Source: Amoebophrya sp. A120 (Eukaryota > Protista > Dinoflagellata). Taken from it: a DNA stretch of 64,000 nt. The stretch is from assembly GCA_905178155.1 (NCBI GenBank), contig CAJINV010000007.1, positions 2,213,151 to 2,277,150 on the forward strand, written 5' to 3'. Shown here piece after piece: positions 37,589 to 49,499 of the stretch; the stretch's first letter is position 1; every line of letters begins with the position of its first letter. The position numbers and the translations under genes were made by a program. Under the pieces are notes generated by a model that ran no database searches, had not been told where the DNA came from, and was given only the letters and a program-made list of their open reading frames with translations.

Positions 37589-40166
37589 GACTATTCAGTC
37601 TGCGCTGCACGGATTTGGAAGGAGTGAAAGAGAGAAGAGCAAGAGGGGCTTTTGTTGCTCTACTGGAGGAGGTGAAAAAGTTGTAAAGCAATCCATAGCG
37701 AGAGAAAGGGATATCACTGCCACTGGTGACTTCTAATCTTCAATGTGTGAATGTAAAAATGGACTTCAACTGTCAAGAAAATACTTCTACGGGGGAAAAG
37801 CACCAGTTTTACGATACAGGTCGGGGTAGAACTAGAGCCTGTGATTTCGAATCAGCATCAACCTATGTACAAGATGAGCTTGGAAGATAATGTCAAACAA
37901 TAGGGAACAACACCGACCAGTTGTACACCTCGTCGAAACGGAGGGAACAATTACAACGGAGTTACCGACAACTTCTTTCAACGTCTACCTCACGAGGAAA
38001 AGGGCCGGGGCGACCGATCGGTAACGGGAAATACTCAGACTTCAATGCGTTTTTCTGTTTTCTCGGCAATGAAAAAATAAAAGAAATGAGAGAATCTCAC
38101 CGATTTTTTACTAACCAAACATACGGAATCGATAAAAAATGCCGTTCGCGTTCGGTGAGGACCTAAACCGATACAAAACAGAATCATTTGAAAAATACCG
38201 AGGGCAGTTCTACTCTACTTGATTTTTCCATCCATCTTCTATTCTTTTTGTTTTTGACGATGACGAAGCTGTAGCTCTAGCTGTGCAAAAAAGTGAATTA
38301 CTCAGCCACAGAGATTATGATTAACTAAGCCAATAGACCATGAGGATATGAAAATACCGAAAAAACTAAAACTAACCTCCACACACATTTTCTACCGCAT
38401 CGCGATTGCGAAGGGGGAGGATATGTTTCTTTCCTGGTTCTTGCTGCCTGTTCCACAAGCTTGCTCGCCCACTTCAAATTCAACTTCGATGAATGCGACA
38501 TGACAGAGATTTTTCTTTTTTTCATTCTTTTGCAGCTATTTGTATTTTCACTACGAAAAAGAAAAAATCAAAATCCAACAACCCTCAGAAATTTTCAATT
38601 CAAATTCTTTGAGGTTAGTTTGCTACTGGTACTGCTTGCGGACGCGGACCTCCTTGACGATAATGATAAATTCGGTTGTACCATGCCTCATCTTTATCTA
38701 CATTTCATACTTACATGTAGGAAAAATACGAAAAGTGAAAATCTTGATTCTTTGGGGGTTTCCAGAACAAATTTTTGCGAAATATTTTTTCTACTCTTAT
38801 GCTATTCGATACAACGAACTCAACATGCGCCGGTGGAGAGTCAGGATTGAATTTCGTTTGTATCAACAGATAAAGAGAAAGAGCGTAATAGATGCTCTGC
38901 CAAGTAGATTTCCAAAGAAAAGATCACATTTTTATCGGCATACATAGTTTTTGTCGTGTTTTTCCTGTGCTAGTGGATAGGGTTCGGGACGCTTCGTGAT
39001 AGCTGTGACCAGCACCCCTAAAACAAAGCGGCCGATCTGAATCAATGTTGTTGAGAAGTCGGATTACTCGGACGACCAGGCATATACTTCATAAATCTTC
39101 TACTACGACGACCTAGTATCGCACATCAAAAAAAAGAAATCCTGCCAAATTTATTCTATCTTGTCGCTCGCTCGTGGTTGCCAATACTGAAGACGCGATA
39201 ATGAGTAGACATCAAGAAGAACGAAGGAATATAACTACTTGTACTTTCATAAATTACTCTTTATTTCGCCTTCGTAGTATTACGCCTGGAATTTTACTGG
39301 TACGAGCTCTTTCTTATTTTCATCCAGCTGCTTTTTCACAAGTTACAGTTAGCAGACGAAGAATTCTTGTCATCTGCCAACACTTTTTGCCACCGGTCCA
39401 ACTAGTGAAATGAAATCGACTCGTCTAAATGGGATCTAATTCAAGTCGCAATGCGTTGTATGCGACGCTGCTGGAAAATGAAAGTGACAAACTGCTGATG
39501 GCTGAGCAGTATAATCGGGCTATCGGAGTATTTCTCAGAGAAACGATCATGGGAAGACGAGCGGGCCCCATCTACGCTCGTCTAGTAGTGCTAAATATTC
39601 TTTAGGGTCAGACCAAACTGCTGTAGGTTGTCTGAGAACGACCTAAATGCTTTTGCTTGCTGCCTTCAAAACTTTGCTCTCTGAAAAAAGTACTTACGTT
39701 CATACTCCTTCTTTATTCGGTTGCGCTTGCGAGCATCGTGATTCCGCAGAGGTATCTCTGGGCCCCTCGCGAAATAAAAGTGTGCGCTGGAAACGTTGCA
39801 CAGTAACCAAAAGAAACTATTGGATCATGTGCAGAATCTACTCTCCTGCATAGCGTGACTACATGGTAGCAGACAACTATGCCATCAACCACTCGTAGAT
39901 GCCGCTGCGCGGTAACAAAAACTTTTTCCGCCGTTCAAACTAGGAAAAAAACTTATGCTGCAGCCCCGATGGCAAAATAAGATGAAACGATGATATAAAC
40001 GCCCATTGCAAAATCTTGTCCTCATAGTTGAAGAAAACGAATGCAAAACTACACTTGTCCACACGATAATAGACTTCAGGCCGCGAAATCCAATCTGAGG
40101 TGTTTCTCAGGTTAATTATAGCACCACTCGCAGTCCCCGCCAACTCCCCGCTCGCCAGAGAGGACC

Positions 40167-43100
40167 TTACGGAGCAACATTTTCCATAGGCGCAGGAGCT
40201 GCTCTGCCCGTGCCCCTGGCCCTCGCCGGTCCCGCCCCTGCAGCTTTTTTCGGCACTAGTGCTTTTCTGCGGCCTGGACTCAGCGACCGAGCCCTTGCCG
40301 TCTCGCTCTGATTTGGCGACCGATCAGGCTCCATTTCCGGTAGTTCCGTACGACACTGCAAAAACGGAAAACACCCGAGAAAGTGTCCTTCTTGGAAGGC
40401 CCAGGAGGCAATTTTCATGTTCTTCTTCTTGCACGAACGCTGCGGAGGACGTTCTTTTGTTCGCAACCCAGATGAGTCGTCTTTTTTGGCGGGAGCAGCG
40501 GCAGTTCGTCGGGCGTCGCAGGCGTTATTCATTTTAGGTGAACCTTCAACCTCCTGCAAGGTCGCATCGTCACTAGAAGCAGCACGCGGCCTAGTCGGCG
40601 ATGCACTCCTCGACCTCGAAGGAGCTGGTGATGGTGAGCAACCGCTTTCAGCACCGCTGCAAATACTGCTTCCCCCGCTGCTGCACTGCCGGACAAAGTC
40701 GCCTTGATTCTCCCAGTGATACTTGCCAAACCCCATCCTTTCCGAGAATCCCTGCGCTCTATCCAACAGCTTTCCCTTTACCCTCCGAACCGCTTTCCTG
40801 CAGTCAGCCCACGTTTTTGCCGTCGGCTGGAAGCACGCGGTCAGGATGGTATCGAGGGGCACGCGAATGCAATTTTCATTCAGACACGCGCTTACCGTTC
40901 CATTGTGGGCCGCGATGATTACGTCTTTCCCGCAATCCCCGGGCAGGCAATTGACGGACAGACACGCGGCAGCGTCTTTCAGCTTTGTGGCACAGGAAGT
41001 TTCTTGATGTTGCGACGACGTCTGAGCACAGGGCTTTTGTTCAATCACGTGGTCCAACAGCGTCTTGCCGGTCGGAGATGACGGATAAATTGTTGCAGTA
41101 CTTGCTATTTTTTGTTCTTCTCTACCTCTATCTTCCTGTTGACCACAACATGATCTAGGCTCCTGCTGCTGGTTTGGATTTATTTCGTGTCGCCGCTGAT
41201 GTTCTTCTTCTTGCACCAACGGTTCAGCAGTTTCATCGCGGCGTGCAGGAACAGGACCTCCTAAACCACTCGGCAACTGGTATGACTCCTGTTCGAGGAC
41301 CTTAATCGTGTGCAGCTTTGCCTCTCGTTCGTCTCGCTCTCGTCTACAACTCAGCACTCCTTTCGTGGCGCTTCCTGCAGCATGGTCGTCTTGCTCATTG
41401 TCGCGCTGAGGTTCTTCCAACTGCAGATCTTGCAGTTTTCTCGTAATATCATCGCAGATGGGCTCCTGCAAAGGTCCCGAGACATCAACTGCAGGATTTT
41501 TATATCGCCCTACAACACAGCGACCGTAATGCCTCTCGACCTCAGCTTCGCTCGTCCCGAGGGATGAAGTGCAGTGCTGCGACCACGTGCTACCCGTCGT
41601 ATTTCCGCTTCCTTGCCTCGAAAATTCGTTGTCGTCTTCATCACGAACAAGTATGTTACCCTCGCACTCGTCGCACAACTGCTCCTGGACAGCCATGGCG
41701 GCGGATAACAGCGGCCTCGTTTTGATGTCAACGGTAATGTTATTCGATGCACCGCAACTTCTAGTATCTGGTACGTCGAGTGCCCCCGGTTCATGTGCTG
41801 CCGCAGGTGATGAAGAACAAAAAGACGAAAGTTCGTTCCGCCCAACTTCTAGCACGCTTTCGCATTGGCATTGCTCGAGGTCGACGCCACCAGTACGTGC
41901 AACTTCCTCTCCTGCATTGTGACAATCATCATGCACGAGCGTCATTGCCTCGGGCTCGGCAACCATCCTGTTCGCCCCCTCATTCGAGGCCCCATGTGAG
42001 GACTGGGGGTCGACGGGACGAGATGCACCAGCTGAGCCGAGATCCTTGGTAGGCTCGTGCCTTTGTTTATTTTCTCTCGGTGCTGCTGGCGCTGGTGGCG
42101 ACATAATCATTTTCAGTGGCAGGGAATCGGAGGAAAATTGGAACGGGTGGGACGCCGATGCCGATGTTGCGAATGTATGAACAAACGCGCGCGACAGTGT
42201 CTGTGGTCCATCGGTGCCGTCATCGTGCAGTTTGTCAGCACTTTCACCACTCATGATCTTCCAAGTCCTCTCTCTTTCCTCCCTTTCCACGTGCTCCTCC
42301 AGTAGTTGCGCGCACAGAGGAGGTGGACGAGGCGCAATGACTTCTGGGCATTGTGGCTGCTGTTGCTGTTTCGTTTCCCTTACCCTTTCCGGTCGCTTTT
42401 GCGCATGTGATACTCCGCCGGACAACGAAAGAACTAGTGCTGGCGTGATGCTAGAGGTGGAGCACTCGTCGCTTCCTTGACTGCGCTGCTGCTGCTGCTG
42501 CTGCTTTGAATTTGATGTCGAAGGTATGAATGTATTTGCTTTCCTCGATGCGACATCAGCCGACATGTCGGTAGCGGTATTCGCATTTGACCCTTCTCCC
42601 TTCGTCAGTGTCCACCGCTGGGTGGTCGTGCCGCCCAGAGTAGCACTGTCGGATCTAGAAATCGAGGACCTTCGGGACGCGCGCCCCCGGCTGAGACCAC
42701 GCTCGGAGTTGTGAAGCAGGAGTGGGCTCGACGACATCTCGGCGGCGTCGGATCTAAGATCTTGATGTTGCGCCCCCGGCGATCCAGAAATAGTAGGCGC
42801 CGCATTTATCCCGGCGTCACTTTTTTGCTGGAATGCAAATAACGGATGATGACCTACTACTTCGTTGTTCAGAGTCGTGGTAAAAGTTGCTTCTTGTTCT
42901 TCCTGTGCCGCAAAGCAGGTCTTGTTCGCCTTCGCGCCCTCGGCCGTGATCTGCCTGCTGGCAGGTGGCGATCCATCACAGCTGAAATGCTCCTCCGCTG
43001 CCTCGCTTGCGATGGTACTCAAGTTTGTGCCACTCATGTATTTCGTTTTGCTTTTCCTCGTGTTCCTACTTGTCAACACGTTCTTCATACGTACCAGATC

Positions 43101-46100
43101 ATCAGTAGCCAGAGATAGAGAAGAGGATGAAAAAGTTGTTGTTCTCGAGTTGCCGCAGCCGCCCCCCCGACCTGCCCCTCTGTGAAAAGCCGCTCCCCCT
43201 GCAGGTACAGCTTCTAGATGTCGCGGCTCACAACCTTCTTCATCCAGCTGTGGCGGCAGTAGAGGCGTTCCGAATGTCGGAGGGCTCAACTGGCGGCTCA
43301 GTCGGTGCCGAGGACGAGGACTCGTGAGCTGGTGGTCTTTTGTGATAGGTACGACTCTGGGACAATTGGAGGAGGAAGAAGACGCGGCCCCGAGGCTGGT
43401 GCGTGACCACTGCCGTGGTCCCAGTCTGCTCAGCGGCGTGTGCTCGCGACTGCTGGTCGTGTCCGCTGCACTGTCTAAGCGAAAAGATTGCAGCGACTGC
43501 ATGTCATCCCAGCTGATGCCGCCTTCGTCCCCCGCCAGCAAAGAGGGCGAAGTCTTCGGCATGGTGGAAGGCGTGCGAGTCAGCGGCGTAATAGGCGTTT
43601 GTATTAACAGCTCCTGACTCTGATGTCTGCGGTCGCAAACAACATTTTTCTTGTTGAACATAAGGGGCTCTCTTTTCTTCTTCAACATCGTCTTGTGCGC
43701 ATCGCAGGAAGGTCTACTTGTTCTTGCGCCAGTTGTTTCTCGTCCCGATGAGGCTGTAGTTGTATGCATTGCAAAAGTATCGTTCGCCTGGCGTCCTAAT
43801 TGCGGCGCTTCACTTTTTGCATGACCGAACAGAAGAGCTGCTTCTTCAGATATGCATGACAGATTTACTTTCTGTTCTAGTTCTTGAAGAAAAAAATTGG
43901 CATGCGAAATCCAGGAGTAGAAGAACGTCGATACTTTTTTGCTGCATACCCTGCTGCACAGTCAGCTTCTCCACCCCCGTCCGGAAACGACGGCACGATC
44001 ATTGCGTTCAGGATGGGTCTTGTGTCCAAGTCCGAATCGATTGTGGGAGTGATTTCTGAAGAACCGTCGAAGTGGTCCTCTTCCGACACGATCACTGGAG
44101 CAGGCGGTCCCGCACTCGGAGAGGCGGAGGTACTGCTACTGCTCACGTCACCGGTCGTGGGACTGTCTCTACTTTCCACCGCCGGCGAAAAGACTTCCTC
44201 GCCGCTCGTCGCGCTGGTTCCCCAAGACCGGCATTTCCGCTTCGCACTGGCGACCTTGCCGTAAATGTCTCCATTTATTTCCTGCTCGGGTTCGGGTTGG
44301 TGATGGACCTTGAACATGTTCTTCCCTCCAGGTAGATGAGCAACCGGCTGGTTGTGTGGGTGCTCGCTGTTCATGAAGACTTCTTCCTCGTATGCTCCTG
44401 CTGCTCCCGTCGTATAGAAGAACTGGCGTTCATCTAGATGAAGTGCGTCGTCTTTCTGACCAGAGGAGGCCCCGAAGCGAATCGATGCGTAGGCGCCCTG
44501 GAGAGGCATCGAGAGATGCTCCACGCCGAGCGAGCGAGGCACAGGAGGATGATGAACTACACCTCCTCCAGGGCGCTCTGTCTCGCGCCGTTGTTGTTCC
44601 CCATGATCCTTTTCAAATGCTTCCTGCTCAGAGGCGATGGAAGTGCTAGGAACCTGAGGTTTTACGAAGATTTTTTTTGTTCAACAAGTAGAGGTCTATG
44701 AGCGGTCATTTCCTTCTGCTGACAAGATTTTTTGCTCAGATGAAATAGCAAACAACAATTCATCATAGGCTGGTGAACCTCACCAAACAACAACTCATTC
44801 CTACGAACTTCTCACCAGGGGACTTTCCTGGTCGTCTTTTTGCCTCATCCCAACACGAAAGCCGCGCGGGGCGAACGAGGACACTCCGGCGGACGACGCT
44901 TCAACACCGCGGGAAGGGAAATCGTTGATCCAGCTGCTCTCTCTACCGCGAGAGAACGGCTGCCGGAGGCCCGGACTCGGCGTCCGGCTTCGAGCAGGGT
45001 CGTCAACAACGTGGGAGCGCGTCGCAGCATCAAGGTCAGTAGTAAAAGTTCTACTTTCGGGCGGTTCTACTGTGTTGAAGACTGGAACACCAACCTCTTC
45101 TGCCTCAACACCGCCTGCGCCAGAGCTTGTCCCTCCCCGTGGATGATGCTTTCCGAGACGATGGACCAGCACAGCGGCCGTGGGCGGAGACAGTCCGGGC
45201 ATTAGGTCCTCGTAATGGTCCTCGTTCCATGCAGCTCCGTCGTCGAACAGAGGAGAAGGAGATGGTATGAACACCTCTGCAGGATGATGGTACAGCAGAG
45301 GCGTCTGTTCGTAGTTGGTGATAGTACTAGTAGAAGGCCTCGTCGTGATATCCCCTGCTCGTCCTGTGGGGGACAAGGAGGACGAACGGCTAGCAGACAA
45401 CGAATTTCTCGGTAAAAAAGCTGGCGCAGCAAAATCATCTTGTTCATCGGAAGCTCGGGGCGATCGGTGTGTGGTAGTGGTTCTGGCTTCCAACATCGAA
45501 GTAGATAGGGGCGGCTCACGAGGAATTGTATGTGTATCTACTCGCACAGTAATATCACTTTTAAACCGTCTCCGCGTCGACGGCGAAGTCGTTGATGACG
45601 GCGTAGTTGTTGAAATAACAACGGCCACCGATGGACACGCATCGCTGGACGTGGCAGCCGGGTGTGATGAGGATGACGCAGACGCGCTGTTGCTGCTCTC
45701 AAAAATTTGCTGGGCTCTACTTGTTGCCGCTTGTAGCGGGCGGGTGATTCCACCGTGTCGAGCGGTTGCAGCAGCTGCCCAGGTGGAAGAAGTACTAGAC
45801 CGTTGATTGGAGATATCAAAATGCTGGTTGTCATCAACTACAACAGCAGGAGATGACGCGGCAACTGCCGCAGCTCCCCGGGGGCGCCCGCTTCTGCGAT
45901 CGGCGTTTCGCATCTCAAAACGTCGTCGAGTTGGTGCGCCGCCGGAGTAAGTCTCATAGCGTGCTGGACGTCCAACAAGCAGATCGTCGGTCTCACGAGG
46001 AGTGGGTCTAAGCTCCTGATGGTGGTCATCATGAAAACGCTCTTCGCTCGACGCGTTACTACGAAAATCAAAGCTGTTGTGCGTCGGCGTGGGTGGTGAC

Positions 46101-46732
46101 GGGGGAATTTCGCTGTACAGGTCGGCCAGCTGGTGCTGCGGTGCCTGGTGCTGATCCTGCTGTACTAATTGCCCTCCCACCCGAGGGGGCTGCGTAAGTA
46201 GCTGCATATGCGGGCCACGGATTGGCACGTGGTCTTCATCTTCGTCAAGATGAACTGAAGGCCCGCCGCCAGCACTGACTTTTGGCGTCGGGATATTGTT
46301 CTCGCTGTCCATAGCAGCTGCGTTCGCGTTGCTAGTACGGCCCATCAACATGCCGCGCCGGCCCATTCGAGTTCCGTCCGCGAAAGAGTAGCTCGAGAAC
46401 TCCGTTGGGAAAAGAAGAGAAAGGGTGGCCAAGTAGAACATGAGACGACCGGCCATGGTAAAAACGTGTGTTCTAGCGGCTGATGAAAAAATTCGGTTCA
46501 TCGCTACCATTGAGAAGTTGAATTTCTGTTTTGCTTTTTCAGTACCGGCGGAGGTTTTTTGGATCATGTTGTCGCCGTCAAATGTGGCGCGAATATCTCC
46601 GCACTTGCTGTTCTGATCTGGAATAATGTCGTGTCGAACTGCTCCAGGTGGCCCAATAAAATCTGCGTCTTCCCTGGAATGAAAATACGGACCACACAAC
46701 GATGTTGACACAGCGTTGTTCATTGATGCCAT
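40167..46732 (-). CDS. Very large S/T/P-rich hypothetical protein (~2070 aa, probably 3 exons) with an N-proximal hydrophobic segment
   Basis: Three ORFs join in frame through GT-AG intron 44654-44815 and decayed introner 43763-43948 (+5 nt). No recognisable domain. Confidence 0.6.
43763..43948. mobile_element. Decayed introner, 186 bp
   Basis: TIR 16/20 (TATGCATTGCAAAAGTATCG vs TATGCAGCAAAAAAGTATCG); two internal GCATGAC motifs; TSD only 2/5 (AGTTG/CCCTG); removing element plus 5 nt restores the frame. Confidence 0.65.
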
Positions 46733-49499
46733 CTTTGTCAAGTTGTCACGAAGAAGAAGATCACATTGGAAATTATACTGTCGCTTATTTAGTGCGCTTG
46801 GAGTATTTTCTTCAGTAAGTCTAGTGCTTTATTTGGAGGCTTTCTTATCAATCTTCTCTTTGCTAAAGTCGACGAAATGAAGTGTACGGAAAATTTTAAA
46901 ACTATTTTTTTTTTCTTCATATAGCTATACAAATCACAAAACTAAAACAGCGATAGAGTTCGGCAATGACATCAGATCGGAAATGGCGTTGATCCAGGTC
47001 GTTTGTCATCACAGATCGGTCGCGGTTCTTGCTTGCGGCTCATTTATTTATTTATCATAAATGAAGACTAACACGAAAAAAAATCAAAAAAATTATGAAA
47101 GGAAAAGGAATCTTTCCACTATGCTATCTAAATTCAATGTCCTCGCGATCTTTCAGTTGTGCGGCCAAATTAAGATGAAGAAAACTATTCAGACTAGCTC
47201 GCCCCCTAGTCCTACTAAGACGCAAAATGAAAGCACCACTACAACATCACTTAGTCACGTCAATGCAACCGTCGGAAAGCGTTGCACTGTTTGTAAGCTA
47301 AAAAATATCTTTCCAGAAGAGGAAAAAATGTGAAATTAAGAGCCACGTTGTATTTGAGTTTGCTCTTCAACTGAAGAGCGTCGTCGATGCCGGCAAAAGA
47401 TGGAAATGAAAAGCAATACACAAATAGCGTAACCGACACCAAATCCAAATCTAAGTCTATCCAAAAAAAAATCAAGTGAGCCAATATTCGATGCGTGTCG
47501 GCAAGTCGGAAGATTTCCGTCCAAAATATTGAAGTAAAAGCGTTTAGAAAAAAGTCTAGAAAAATAATTCTCACGCCAAGAAAATTTGATATGGCTGTCA
47601 AAACTTAAACCATCACGTACGAGCTGTTTCTACAAAATACAGTAAGGAGTCATGTGACCACAACTCGCCTCACTGCCGAACCACTCGAGTACTTCTATAA
47701 GGGTTTTCTGCTCTTCAGATGTATGATCATAGTAACTCTACTGTCACTGTCAGAGTCTCTTTCTTTTAGAATGCGGTATGTATTACTGCTTGTTGTGGTT
47801 TCCTGGTCGATCTGTGTGCTGTTCTTGATGGTACCATCAATGTAATGAATGCGGAACTCGACGACCACAGATAGACTGCTCCACTTCCAGCGAGGCTATC
47901 TATGCTTGTCGCGTCAGTTTGTCTGCCTTAAAGTCAGTGGTTACAATAATGTTGTGAAGCTCAGTACGAGTAGGCCCGTCCCTCCTGTCACGTAAAGGTG
48001 TTGGACAAGCTTCTCGTTCTACTACGAATCATGTCACAAGATCAAGACGCGGCTCCGACCGAAGGAAGACGGCCTTGGCCGGAGACACGATCCCGATAGT
48101 CTCCAGTTCTAACGCTCCTGCTGTGCCGGCCTTGGACCTGCGTTGCTTTGCCGTGCTACTTGCAGGAGTCTTTGCAAATATCAAAAATCAGAGATGGAGA
48201 TGAAAGTGAAAGCGAACTATTAAAAAAAAAATCAGTAGCAGCACAGGAGCCGTGCGAGGCAACAACACCAGGAAATAGGAGATCTCACGCGCACCTTGAT
48301 TGGAAGGCTAAAATGCGTCAGGTCTTTGTGAAGATATCAGGCGATATCGCATTGCAACTAACTAGGTGTTTATTGTTGTCTCTACAGCTAGCTTGTTCGA
48401 CAAAATAGTATAATGAACAATACCTACGCACCACTTCTAGTGTGAAACAACGTCTAGAAGTTGAAGCGACGTCAGTGCTTTATTTCTTTTGTGAATCTTC
48501 AACGTCTATAACTGGTGCCTCTTCAAATTTTATAGCTGTTCTAAAAAAAAAAATGTAAACAAATCTTCATCAAAATACTTTTCAACAAGCTTTTCCGAAG
48601 TCTTCTTTTTGTTGCAAACCAGTATCTTCATTCACCTTTTCATGTCTCTCCGCACTATTTCCTGCGAAACGGGAGCACAGAGAAACTACTTGCGAAGAAT
48701 ACCAAATTTGCACTGTGAGGATTGATATTTGGTTTGAATGCGGATTCAGAAGCGAGCGACGCACAACAAACTATAACTGCCACGAAAATTAGAAATTGAA
48801 ACTGCTCAAAAAAAAGGCCTTTGCTTCAACATCATTTTGACAAAAGCACCTGTCGCCGATGGTTACTTATCCTTAGCGTTACTCTTACAACTTCTACTTC
48901 TAATAGATGCTATAAAGTCGATTACCATCACCACAATGAACTCTTACTCTAGAAAAAGATCCACGTCGCCTGGCTACATTGGCGTCAAAATCCAGAGTAT
49001 AAGATCGAAGTCAAACGCTGCGAAAAGTGCGACTGTGAGTAGTGCCGCTTTGGGCAGAAGCAAGATCTTTTACTTCTTCCTGATAGCATGCGAGATCTTC
49101 AGTGTTAAGGCCAAAAAAAATCCCGTTCGTTCCTGCGAAACGCTAGATTTTCGGTATTACAACCCGTTCCTGCGCATGCGAAGCTTGTGCTATTTGATAG
49201 ATGTTGTTCGGAAATGTAAGCATTGTGTATTGATGACGAGTTTAGTGGCGGTCTATAGTCATAGATCTTTATCTCGTCACAAATGCATTCGACGTGCCAC
49301 CCACCTAGTACTTTCTGGAACACTATCAGACCCAGCATCATTATTTTGCGAAAACGACTGCTTTGCTTTCTAGTCCTGTTTTTATTGGCACAGTTAGTAA
49401 AAGTAAATTGTAATTCAGCCGCAACTGCATCAAAAAGTGTATCGCGATCAGAATGAAAAAAGTCCGCTGCACATCATCATGTTAATATGATTAATTGCG

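Noticed and set aside
37826-38213. Possible MITE bounded by GTAGAACT/AGTTCTAC with scattered ACCGA motifs
   Set aside because: Only an 8-bp inverted repeat and no TSD.
38861-38946. Possible tiny decayed introner (flanks GTTTG/GTTTT)
   Set aside because: Arms barely pair and there is no host frame to test.
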